A stretch of DNA of 64,000 bases from an uncultured Pseudomonadota bacterium (GTDB lineage Bacteria; Babelota; Babeliae; Babelales; Vermiphilaceae): the NCBI GenBank assembly GCA_964636815.1, contig CAZWTF010000006.1:8461-72460 (forward strand), in the 5' to 3' direction. This document shows, piece by piece, positions 18,100 to 26,594 of this stretch. The position numbers were made by a program, and so were the translations under genes. Every line of letters begins with the position of its first letter. The first letter of the stretch is position 1. The notes beneath the pieces were generated by a model that searched no databases, was not told where the DNA came from, and was given only the letters and a program-made list of their open reading frames with translations.

Positions 18100-18246
18100 A
18101 TGTCATTGACCGTATCTAAAAAAAGTAATATTAAACGTCGTAGAAAGCATGGCTTTCTTAAAAGAATGAGCACAAAAGATGGAAGAAAGATTATCAACCG
18201 TCGTCGTGCATCAGGTCGTAAACGTTTAGCGCCAAAAAAATACTAA
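18100..18246 (+). CDS. rpmH: 50S ribosomal protein L34 (48 aa; absent from the ORF track because it is under 60 aa)
   Basis: My translation is [48 protein letters not shown], with the L34 core [12 protein letters not shown]. It lies directly upstream of rnpA. Confidence 0.9.
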   Translation: MSLTVSKKSNIKRRRKHGFLKRMSTKDGRKIINRRRASGRKRLAPKKY

Positions 18247-18266
18247 AGTTTACTGAGTAAAATTAT

Positions 18267-18602
18267 ATGTCGGGCATTGTAGGAAAGATTTCAAAGTTTA
18301 CCAAACGGGAAATAGATTATCTTTTTAGCAATGCCCGACGTGTTGTTAGAAATCAATTCTGTACCATTTTGGTTGCCAAGCGTCAAAAAGAAGATTTTGG
18401 TAGAGTTCTTGTTGTTGTATCGCGTGCGGTAGGCAACGCTCCGGAGCGTAACTTAATTCGACGACGTGTTAAATCGATTTTTTATGAAGAAAAATTGTTT
18501 ACTCATAATTTTGATTGCGTTGTCATAGCACATAAGAAAATGGTTTCTATTTCTTTTGAGCAACTTAAGAAGATATTAGTTTCGGTGTATGAAAATCTTT
18601 AA
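18267..18602 (+). CDS. rnpA: RNase P protein component
   Basis: 111 aa basic protein with VSRAVGNAPERNLIRRRVK (RNR-type motif). Canonical position after rpmH. Confidence 0.85.
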   Translation: MSGIVGKISKFTKREIDYLFSNARRVVRNQFCTILVAKRQKEDFGRVLVVVSRAVGNAPERNLIRRRVKSIFYEEKLFTHNFDCVVIAHKKMVSISFEQLKKILVSVYENL

Positions 18603-18774
18603 TAATTTTGTGATCTTTTTAATTGTTGGTCTTCGTCCATTATTTGGTCAAGCTCATTGTAAATATTCAGTAAGTTGTACGCAATTTGCTACAGAGCAGT
18701 TGCAAACCAATTCATTATTGCCGGCGGTGTGGGCAATAGTCAAACGTGTTTTTTCTTGTAACCCTCTTTTTTAA
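18589..18774 (+). CDS. yidD: Membrane protein insertion efficiency factor YidD
   Basis: 61 aa with the conserved Cys pattern C.YSVSC..FA. Overlaps the rnpA end by 14 nt. Confidence 0.75.
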   Translation: MKIFNNFVIFLIVGLRPLFGQAHCKYSVSCTQFATEQLQTNSLLPAVWAIVKRVFSCNPLF

Positions 18775-18792
18775 TCCCTTTGGGAGACTTCT

Positions 18793-20118
18793 ATGTTCGA
18801 TTTCATCATTTTTGCAGAATTAGCTGCATTATTTACTTTTGTTACTATTTTTTTAGTAGCAACATGTTACAAGCGTTGTCCTTCAAATAAAATTTTAGCA
18901 GTGTACGGAAACATTACTGGTGAACAATCAGTTAAATGTTATCATGGTGGTGGCGCATTTATTTGGCCATTAATTCAAGATTATGCCTTTCTTGATTTAA
19001 CACCCATGACGTTACATATTCCACTTAAGTCAGCATTATCTCAACAAAATATTCGTATTAACGTGCCAAGTACATTCACGGTTGCGATTGATACAACACA
19101 AGAAGCAATGAATAATGCAGCGGTGCGTTTACTTGCGCTTTCACAAAAAGATATTGAGATGATGGCAACGGAAATTATTATTGGGCAATTACGATTAACA
19201 ATTGCTTCTTTAATGATTGAAGAGATTAACCAAGATAGAGAGCGCTTTTTGTTGGAAGTAAGAAAGCATATTGAATCAGAGCTGAGAAAAATTGGACTTA
19301 TGCTTTTGAACGTGAATATTACCGATATTACTGATGAATCAGGATATATTGAAAGTATTGGTAGAAAATCTGTTGCCACTGCACTTAATCAGGCTAAAAT
19401 TGATGTAGCAAATCAAGAAAAAAGTGGTGATATTGGTAAAACTGAAGCAGAAAAAGAGCGCCGTATTCAAGTTGCTACGTATAATGCAGATGCAGTACAA
19501 GGTGAAAATGAAGCTAAAGCAAAAATTGCAAACGTGAATGCGCAACTCTTTGAGCAAGAAGCTGATGCTAGCAGACGTGGACAAATTGCTCAGCAAAATG
19601 CATATGCAGAAATTAATAGAGCAAAAAGTTTAGCAGAGTTACAACGTCTTGAAGCTGAAGAAATAATACCTAAAGAAATTGAACGTCGTAAAATAGAAAT
19701 TGCAGCAGCAGCTGATGCAGCAAAAAAACGTATTGAAGCAGAAGGCGAAGCGGCAGCAATTTTACAAATTAAACAAGCAGAAGCTGAAGGTGTGCGTAAG
19801 GTGTTGGCAGCAAAAGCAGAAGGATATAAACTTCTTGTTGAAGCATGTTCAAATAACAGCCAAGATGCAGCAACTATGCTCATGATTGAAAAACTTGAAG
19901 AAGTTGCAAAACTGCAAGCGGAAGCTATTAAAAATCTTAAGATTGATAAAATCACTGTGTGGGATAGTGGCTCATCTGAAAAGGGTAGCTCAACAGCTAA
20001 CTTTTTAAGCAGTATGATTAAATCATTACCACCACTTCATGAAATTGCCGCAATGTCTGGCGTTAATTTGCCGTCATATTTGGGTGATTTGGAGAAGAAG
20101 AGTGATGATTCAATATAA
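18793..20118 (+). CDS. SPFH/band-7 flotillin-like protein (YqiK type)
   Basis: N-terminal membrane hairpin, SPFH block GGGAFIWPLIQDYAFLDLTPMTL, and a long Ala/Glu-rich coiled-coil flotillin repeat region. Confidence 0.75.
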   Translation: MFDFIIFAELAALFTFVTIFLVATCYKRCPSNKILAVYGNITGEQSVKCYHGGGAFIWPLIQDYAFLDLTPMTLHIPLKSALSQQNIRINVPSTFTVAIDTTQEAMNNAAVRLLALSQKDIEMMATEIIIGQLRLTIASLMIEEINQDRERFLLEVRKHIESELRKIGLMLLNVNITDITDESGYIESIGRKSVATALNQAKIDVANQEKSGDIGKTEAEKERRIQVATYNADAVQGENEAKAKIANVNAQLFEQEADASRRGQIAQQNAYAEINRAKSLAELQRLEAEEIIPKEIERRKIEIAAAADAAKKRIEAEGEAAAILQIKQAEAEGVRKVLAAKAEGYKLLVEACSNNSQDAATMLMIEKLEEVAKLQAEAIKNLKIDKITVWDSGSSEKGSSTANFLSSMIKSLPPLHEIAAMSGVNLPSYLGDLEKKSDDSI

Positions 20119-20141
20119 TTTTAATTGAATAGCATAAGAAT

Positions 20142-20174
20142 AAGAAACGGGTGATTATTGATCACCCGTTTCTT
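20142..20174. terminator. Bidirectional hairpin terminator between convergent genes
   Basis: AAGAAACGGGTGAT-tatt-ATCACCCGTTTCTT, a perfect 14-bp stem. Confidence 0.7.
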
Positions 20175-20194
20175 TGAGTTTGATTATTAATGGC

Positions 20195-20755
20195 TTATTT
20201 AACAGGATATGCTGTTACGATCTCTGATGTGTCTTTGAATGTATTTATTTGTATTTTTGTTTCGCCTTTTGTTCCGATCATTCTTTCCATCTCTATTATA
20301 TATTCGTCCCCTTTGCCTTTAGGGTTTGCTCGTGGCTCACCTCTGTTTCTCCATGCTTCATCAACCAAATCTAATATTTGATCTTCAGGAATGCTAAAAA
20401 CAGAATGAGTTGCTTTGGTAGGGTCAGCTTTGGCATGAGCTAATACATGATTGATGCGATTGGATAAACCTTTATTAGATTTGTATATCAAGCCAGCGGA
20501 TGATGTCCATGTGTTATTGCGTGTTAGGGTAGGTTGTTGTATCACAATAGGTTGTATTGGCGCTAGTTGAATCGGTGTTGGTTTTGGTTTTACTATGATA
20601 GGTTGAATTGGTTGGATTGGTATAATAGGAGTAGGTTGCATTTTGGGAGTTGTGGTTGCTCTTGAAACTTGTTTGGTATGTGCTGGTGCCACGGTGAATA
20701 GAATGGTAAGTAATACTATTTTCTTGGAAATATTTGTCATAATATTATCCTTCAT
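20195..20755 (-). CDS. Secreted protein: signal peptide, Pro-rich PxI/V linker, C-terminal ~110 aa globular domain of possible RNase-toxin type
   Basis: Signal peptide, then PTPIIPIQPIQPIIVKPKPTPIQLAPIQPIVIQQP, then a domain with NHVLAH, THSVF and the ending EIVTAYPVK. The domain assignment is tentative. Confidence 0.4.
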   Translation of the reverse strand: MKDNIMTNISKKIVLLTILFTVAPAHTKQVSRATTTPKMQPTPIIPIQPIQPIIVKPKPTPIQLAPIQPIVIQQPTLTRNNTWTSSAGLIYKSNKGLSNRINHVLAHAKADPTKATHSVFSIPEDQILDLVDEAWRNRGEPRANPKGKGDEYIIEMERMIGTKGETKIQINTFKDTSEIVTAYPVK

Positions 20756-20802
20756 ACAGTAAGAAGCCTGGCATAAAAAATATACCAGGCTATTTGATGT
20801 GC

Positions 20803-22203
20803 TTATAACAATTCACCTGCAAGTCGACTTAATTCACTACGCTCACTGACAGGTAAGAATACTGATCCGAACAATGATTGTCCTTTGAATCGTTCACTGG
20901 CAACAACCAAACCGTTGCTTGCAAAATCAAGATACGGTGAATCGATTTGATATGGATCACCAGTTAAAATGATTTTACTGCCCTCACCAACACGTGTAAC
21001 TAATGTTTTAATTTCATGTGGCGTTAAGTTTTGCGCTTCATCAATTAAAATTAATTGATAAGGAATAGTACGCCCGCGCATGTAGGTGATAGCTTCCAGT
21101 GAAATTTTACCTTGATGAAGTAAATCTTCAAAGGTGATACCATGATGTTTTTTGTGTTTATGTTTATTTTTATGGTTATGTTTGCCACCTTTATGACTCG
21201 GTTCATCTTCTTCTTTAGTTTCTTGAAATTTACTTGATTTGTTGATGGTATGCATGATGTATTGCATGTTATCATAGATAGGCATCATCCAGCTTTGTAA
21301 CTTTTCTGCTACCGTTCCTGGTAAGAAACCAATGTCACGACCAAGAGGAACTACTGGGCGTGAAATAATCATGCGATCATAGTTTTTGTTAACAAAGAGT
21401 GAATGTAGTCCCGCAAGTAGTGCTAAGAATGTTTTACCAGTACCAGCCGGTCCGAATAAACAAGCGAATTGGATACTAGGATCAAGTAAAAGTTCTAAAG
21501 CCATTAACTGTTGTGGATTACGAGGCGCAATTGGCCAGTTGAGTGCGGGAGTAAAAATAGCTCTAAATTTTTCATTACCTAGATAACGAAATACGCGATA
21601 ATTTTGCGGATTATTGTTGCTTTCTACAACAACAAATTCGTTAGGCATAACTATGTTGTCTTTAGCTAATCCGGTAAGTTGTGGAGGAAAATCTTTTTTT
21701 AATTCTATTGCAGGGACAGATATTTTTACCCATCCTTGATAGAACTCTTTTTCCGTTACAGTTTCTTTTGAATAATCTTCTGATTTGATACCAATAGCGT
21801 CTGCTTTAACACGTGCATTAAGATCTTTAGAAATGAATACTACATCATACCCTTGTTGCTTCATGGCAAGGGCGGTGAGTATAATTTCATTATCTACGCT
21901 TGCACTTCTGATAAGAGGAGTTTTTTCTAGAGTTGTATCATCATAAAAAAGAATTTGGAGGATGCTGTCATCCTCCAAAGGAACTCCTTCACGTAATGAT
22001 CCTTTTTCTCGAAGTTCATCAAGAAAGCGTATAGCTTGTCGTGAGTTGCGACCGCGTTCAGTTCCTTCCCCTTTGAATTGATCAAGCTCCTCAAGAACAT
22101 TTGCCGGGATACCAACATGAGCACCGGTAAAGCCAAACATAGCTTTTGGGTCATGTATGAGAACATTGGTATCCAGAATAAAGATTTTTTTGTCTTTAGG
22201 CAT
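20803..22203 (-). CDS. PhoH2-type protein: N-terminal PIN domain fused to a PhoH-like ATPase
   Basis: PIN start FILDTNVLIHD, Walker A GPAGTGKT, Walker B LILIDEAQNL. A His/Lys-rich insertion (HKGGKHNHKNKHKHKKHHG) lies inside the ATPase domain. Confidence 0.8.
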   Translation of the reverse strand: MPKDKKIFILDTNVLIHDPKAMFGFTGAHVGIPANVLEELDQFKGEGTERGRNSRQAIRFLDELREKGSLREGVPLEDDSILQILFYDDTTLEKTPLIRSASVDNEIILTALAMKQQGYDVVFISKDLNARVKADAIGIKSEDYSKETVTEKEFYQGWVKISVPAIELKKDFPPQLTGLAKDNIVMPNEFVVVESNNNPQNYRVFRYLGNEKFRAIFTPALNWPIAPRNPQQLMALELLLDPSIQFACLFGPAGTGKTFLALLAGLHSLFVNKNYDRMIISRPVVPLGRDIGFLPGTVAEKLQSWMMPIYDNMQYIMHTINKSSKFQETKEEDEPSHKGGKHNHKNKHKHKKHHGITFEDLLHQGKISLEAITYMRGRTIPYQLILIDEAQNLTPHEIKTLVTRVGEGSKIILTGDPYQIDSPYLDFASNGLVVASERFKGQSLFGSVFLPVSERSELSRLAGELL

Positions 22204-22341
22204 CTTTCATCCCATGTTTAAGGGTTATCACTACTCTCGCTTGCAGCGTAGCACAATGGGGTTCAGTGAAGCAATGGATGCGAACCCTCTTATCTGTTTT
22301 TAATCTTTATGCTATTCTTTATACAATTAGTTATTTTAGCC

Positions 22342-22380
22342 CCGCTCGTCCTGAGCCCGTCGAAGGATATCTTCGAGTGG
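22342..22380 (+). repeat. Copy of dispersed repeat family 2 (CCGCTCGNCCTGAG...TCGAAGG)
   Basis: CCGCTCGTCCTGAGCCCGTCGAAGGA matches the reverse complement of 38016..38041 (CCGCTCATCCTGAGCTTGTCGAAGGA) and the arms of the palindrome at 56601..56750. Confidence 0.7.
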
Positions 22381-22419
22381 AAGAAATAAATTGAGCATAA
22401 TTTAGTGAGGAATATTTTT

Positions 22420-24126
22420 ATGAACAGTGAAAAAGATTTGTCAGTACTACGTCATTCGGCCGCCCATCTTCTTGCACATGCAATTAAAGAACTGTTTCCA
22501 TCGACAATATTAACTATTGGTCCTGCAACAAAAGATGGTTTCTTTTATGACTTTTTGCCTGAGAAAAATTTTAAAGATGAAGATTTAGTGCACATCGAAG
22601 AAAGAATGCATCAGCTTTCTGCTAAAAATATTCCGCTTACTCATAAACAGATTTCAAAAGATGCTGCACGTGAACTTTATAAAAATAATCCATTTAAATT
22701 AGAACTCATTAATGAAATTCCTGGCGACACTGTTGGTCTTGCTGAACAAAGTGATTTTTATGATCTTTGTCGTGGTGGACATGTTGCATCAACAGGAGAA
22801 ATTAAACATTTTAAGTTGCTGTATATTTCTGGTTCTTATTGGCGTGCAGATAAAGACAAGCAGCCGTTGCAACGTATTACTGGTACAGCATTTTTTACAC
22901 AAGAAGATTTACAGGCATTTTTACAACAACGTGAAGATGCGATTCAATTTGATCACCGTAGACTTGGTAAAGAACTTGATCTATTTTCATTTCATGAAGA
23001 AGGTGTTGGTTTTCCGTTTTTCCACCCTCGTGGCACCATTGTTTTGAATGAGTTAAAAAGTCATATCAGAAAACATTTAAGAAAAGCTAAATATCAAGAG
23101 CTTCAAACACCAACTATGTTGAGCGATGAACTGTGGCGTAGATCTGGGCATTATCAACATTATAAAGATAATATGTATTTTTCTATGGTTGATGGGCATT
23201 CATATGCTCTTAAACCAATGAACTGTCCTGCAGCTATTCTTGTATATAAAGAACGTCCACATTCATATCGTGAACTTCCTTTGCGTTGGTCAGATTTTGG
23301 TCAGTTGCATAGACATGAACTGTCTGGCGTATTAAGTGGACTATTTAGAGTGCGTGCGTTCAGTCAAGATGACGCGCATATTTTCTGTACTCCAGAACAA
23401 ATTGAAAAAGAAATAGTAGATTTTATTGCGGTGCATGATGAAGTTTTAAAACCGTTTGGTTTTAGCAACATTGTTATTGGTGTTTCTACTCGTCCAGCAA
23501 AAGCTATGGGTAGTGATGAGTTATGGGAAGTTGCAACAAAAGCTTTGATTAATGGACTTGATAAAGCGGGTAAAACGTATGCAATCTATGAAGGTGAAGG
23601 TGCGTTTTATGGACCTAAGATAGAGTTTGGTATTGAAGATTCATTAAAACGTGTATGGCAATGTGGTACTATTCAAGTTGATTTCTTCCAACCAGAAAAT
23701 TTTGATTTAAGTTACATTTCTTCTGAAGGTGTTAAAGAAAGACCAGTTATGTTGCATCGCGCAATTTATGGATCATTTGAACGCTTTTTTGGTATTATTT
23801 TAGAACATTTTAAAGGCCGTTTACCATTTTGGTTATCACCAGTTCAGATGAAAATTTTGACTATCACTGATGATCAAAAAGAGCACGCTCATGAAATTAT
23901 GAATCAACTGTTCGATTATGGTGTGCGTGTAGAGATTGATAACTCTTCTGATCCTATTGCTGGTCAAATCAAACGTGCGCAGCTTGAGCGTGTGCCATTG
24001 ATGGTTGTGATTGGTAAAAAAGAAGTTGAAAATAAAACGGTTACATTGCGCGACTTAGATGGTAAACAACAGTTTGGAGTAACTTTTGAAGATTTGTTAC
24101 AAAAAATTGATGCATTAAAAATATAA
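22420..24126 (+). CDS. thrS: Threonyl-tRNA synthetase lacking the N-terminal TGS domain
   Basis: GAGGAA lies 8 nt upstream of ATG 22420. The protein starts at the HSAAHLLAHA editing-domain block. Class II core FRVRAFSQDDAHIF and a C-terminal anticodon-binding domain are present. Confidence 0.9.
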   Translation: MNSEKDLSVLRHSAAHLLAHAIKELFPSTILTIGPATKDGFFYDFLPEKNFKDEDLVHIEERMHQLSAKNIPLTHKQISKDAARELYKNNPFKLELINEIPGDTVGLAEQSDFYDLCRGGHVASTGEIKHFKLLYISGSYWRADKDKQPLQRITGTAFFTQEDLQAFLQQREDAIQFDHRRLGKELDLFSFHEEGVGFPFFHPRGTIVLNELKSHIRKHLRKAKYQELQTPTMLSDELWRRSGHYQHYKDNMYFSMVDGHSYALKPMNCPAAILVYKERPHSYRELPLRWSDFGQLHRHELSGVLSGLFRVRAFSQDDAHIFCTPEQIEKEIVDFIAVHDEVLKPFGFSNIVIGVSTRPAKAMGSDELWEVATKALINGLDKAGKTYAIYEGEGAFYGPKIEFGIEDSLKRVWQCGTIQVDFFQPENFDLSYISSEGVKERPVMLHRAIYGSFERFFGIILEHFKGRLPFWLSPVQMKILTITDDQKEHAHEIMNQLFDYGVRVEIDNSSDPIAGQIKRAQLERVPLMVVIGKKEVENKTVTLRDLDGKQQFGVTFEDLLQKIDALKI

Positions 24127-24135
24127 GGCAAAAAC

Positions 24136-24618
24136 GTGAATAACAGTAAGAATGTATTAGCTATTATATTGTTTGGTTTTTTTGTATTGTGTAACACTGC
24201 AAAAGCAATGGAACGTAATCGTATTGTACTTAGTCCTTTTTTGATAGACACAGGGGCAGAGCTCTATGAATTAGAACAAGTAGAAGCGATAGTTATGAAG
24301 CATAATAATTTTAAGCTTGAATCTGAGAATGTTTATGCTTGTTCATCTGCAGGTTGTAGGTTTTTTACTAAACATAAAAATCGTATAAAAAAACATCAAG
24401 AAATGCATGAGGCAATGCCTTATGCAAAAATATATCGTTGCAATCTTTGTGATTATATGATTGATTCACAGAGGAATATGGAAAATCATAAAAATAGTCA
24501 TAATAGCCAGAAGGAATGGCATTGCGATGTATGTAATACTGGTTTCAAAAGTGATCGCAGTAGAAAGCGTCATTATAATAGTCAAATGCATCAACACTAT
24601 GCCAGTATTCAAAAATAA
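24136..24618 (+). CDS. Secreted protein with three canonical C2H2 zinc fingers (GTG start)
   Basis: Signal-like N-terminus NVLAIILFGFFVLCNTAKA. Fingers are C-x4-C-x12-H-x3-H, C-x2-C-x12-H-x3-H and C-x2-C-x12-H-x5-H, read directly from the translation (residues 67-152). Confidence 0.75.
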   Translation: MNNSKNVLAIILFGFFVLCNTAKAMERNRIVLSPFLIDTGAELYELEQVEAIVMKHNNFKLESENVYACSSAGCRFFTKHKNRIKKHQEMHEAMPYAKIYRCNLCDYMIDSQRNMENHKNSHNSQKEWHCDVCNTGFKSDRSRKRHYNSQMHQHYASIQK

Positions 24619-24666
24619 TTGGATTCGATTTCATTAATATATGAAATCAAAAAAAATTGAATATAA

Positions 24667-24706
24667 GATCCCTCGTTATATCATGTGATGACGAGGGATT
24701 TTATTT
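24667..24706 (+). terminator. Hairpin terminator after the zinc-finger gene
   Basis: GATCCCTCGT...ACGAGGGAT followed by TTTTATTT. It abuts the stop of the convergent gene. Confidence 0.55.
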
Positions 24707-25681
24707 GTTGGTAGGTAGAGTTAAGTTTTTAGAAATCATTTTGTGTGCAAAATAGTGGCATAATGTTTGTTGTGGCACTGTTTTATTTTCCAATGTTGTG
24801 GTTAGTGGAATGATTGCGTGGTGTAGCACATCTTTGTTAAGAATGGGATCGCGTCCAGTTTTGTGCATAATCAGATGTGTATCTTGTTTATTAAACGCTA
24901 TTGTGGAAGTAATGCAAAATTTAGGAAAGTTAGGTTCAACAGGATATTCTTTTTTTTGAGTTTGTAAGTTTTTGATTTTTATACGAGATTCAAATATAGT
25001 AGTACCAGCTATACGTTTCACATAAATCTTTGCATAAATGTTTCCGTTTGAGGAGATTGCGAGGTTGCTAAGATATTTTTCTTGATGCTTTGGGTTATAA
25101 ATTGTGATGTTGTTTATCTCTTCATTTGTCATAGTGTTAACAATTGCTAGAGCATCAATTTTAAGTTTTTTTTGTTTAAGCATGTCTTGAGATTTGTATG
25201 TCATGGCGCATAGATTTTTGTTTGCAGAATAGACAACTGAATAACAATTATCATTTTCACAGTCTTTATGTTTTTTGAGCCATGCCTGAGGCATAACTCT
25301 ATCTTGATCAAATCTTTCTCTTGTGGGTTCTTCTGGACAGATTTCTTCTTGAGAATTTTCTACTTCTTTTTCTGTAGGTACTATGTATTTGAGGTCTAAA
25401 TTATCTTCTGATGAATCAAATTTTAATTCTTTTTCCTCTTCGATTGTGATTGTTTTTGTTTTTGAGTAGAAATTCGCAGGGTAATAACATGAAAGGCCTT
25501 TTTTACGATTAATGAATTGTTCTTCTGTTTCAACATCATCAAATGTTAAAAAACTGGCAATGAGATCCATTACGTCGGTAGGCATGTTTGTAAAAAAACA
25601 TGGAGGAGTTTCTGGTTCCATGCTGTTCAGTTGGGTTGTTATGGCGATTATGATGGTGAAGATAAAAATGTTTTTTTTCAT
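24701..25681 (-). CDS. Hypothetical protein with signal peptide and an F-box-like motif
   Basis: After the hydrophobic N-terminus, FFTNMPTDVMDLIASFLTFDDV resembles the F-box core LPxE(I/V)xxxIxxxL. The rest is unassigned. Confidence 0.4.
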   Translation of the reverse strand: MKKNIFIFTIIIAITTQLNSMEPETPPCFFTNMPTDVMDLIASFLTFDDVETEEQFINRKKGLSCYYPANFYSKTKTITIEEEKELKFDSSEDNLDLKYIVPTEKEVENSQEEICPEEPTRERFDQDRVMPQAWLKKHKDCENDNCYSVVYSANKNLCAMTYKSQDMLKQKKLKIDALAIVNTMTNEEINNITIYNPKHQEKYLSNLAISSNGNIYAKIYVKRIAGTTIFESRIKIKNLQTQKKEYPVEPNFPKFCITSTIAFNKQDTHLIMHKTGRDPILNKDVLHHAIIPLTTTLENKTVPQQTLCHYFAHKMISKNLTLPTNK

Positions 25682-25696
25682 GTAGAATTTCTTGTT

Positions 25697-26374
25697 TTAG
25701 CGATGTCGGGTAACGCCAATTTGTGGGCAAAGCGGACGCAATGGGCAGATAGAGCATTTGGGGGAAATTGGTACGCAGATATTTTGTCCCCACATGACCA
25801 TCAGTTTGTTATATTCCGACCAATATTCTTGAGGTAATAATTTTTTAAGTGCCTCTTCCGTTTGCTCAGGCGTTTTTGTGGTAACAAGGCCTAAGCGGTT
25901 AGAGATACGGTGGACATGAGTATCAACGCAGATGGCTGGAATACCAAAGCCTTCAGCAAGGGTGAGGTTAGCGGTTTTAGGCCCCACTCCAGGCAATGTC
26001 ATGAGTTCTTCTGGGGTGTTAGGAACAGAGCCGTGGTACTTTTTGATTAAAATAGTACAAATTTCTAAAATATGTTTTGTTTTTTGGCGATAAAAGCCTG
26101 TTGGGTAGATAAGCTTTTGAATAGTTGCGGGAGATAAAAGTAGTAATGCTTGCGGGGTTTGAGCATGTTCAAACAAGCGTTGTGATGCGGGTAATGAGAC
26201 GGAATCTTTTGTACGTAAACTTAAAATACAACTGACAAGGATTAAAAAAGGACTGCGTCCATATTGCTCTGTTATGCTGGTTGAGGCAGGTTGAACCATG
26301 CCTTTTGTTGCAGCCTGTAACATTTCAATGATAGAAATGGCACGCTTTTTTAAGTTATCTTGTCCTTTTGCCAC
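25697..26374 (-). CDS. nth: Endonuclease III
   Basis: HhH-GPD element LPGVGPKTANL and a [4Fe-4S] cluster loop C-x6-C-x2-C-x5-C (CVPISPKCSICPLRPLC). Confidence 0.88.
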   Translation of the reverse strand: MAKGQDNLKKRAISIIEMLQAATKGMVQPASTSITEQYGRSPFLILVSCILSLRTKDSVSLPASQRLFEHAQTPQALLLLSPATIQKLIYPTGFYRQKTKHILEICTILIKKYHGSVPNTPEELMTLPGVGPKTANLTLAEGFGIPAICVDTHVHRISNRLGLVTTKTPEQTEEALKKLLPQEYWSEYNKLMVMWGQNICVPISPKCSICPLRPLCPQIGVTRHR

Positions 26375-26594
26375 ATTACTACTCTCATTATTTGGTATAG
26401 CTGTGAAATTATGTTAGGATGAGAATTATATTAGCATCCTGGAGGCATTTCTCCAAATACGAGTGCGAATACTGCTATGATAAGTGTAGCGAAATTGAAA
26501 TAGTTTTTCATAATGACTCCAAATAGGGTTTTTACAATTTCTTTGTTAAATAAAAGAAAGTATAATAAAGCCCTTTTAAAAGCGCAATATAATT

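Noticed and set aside
22204-22419. Possible T-box or other riboswitch leader upstream of thrS
   Set aside because: I could not find a T-box consensus or specifier-loop architecture. The region is better explained by dispersed repeat copies.
26431-26511. 26-aa hydrophobic minus-strand mini-ORF (MKNYFNFATLIIAVFALVFGEMPPGC) in the nth / regulator intergenic region
   Set aside because: It has no convincing SD, its conservation is unknown, and it could arise by chance in AT-rich DNA. It is worth a look only if ribosome profiling is available.
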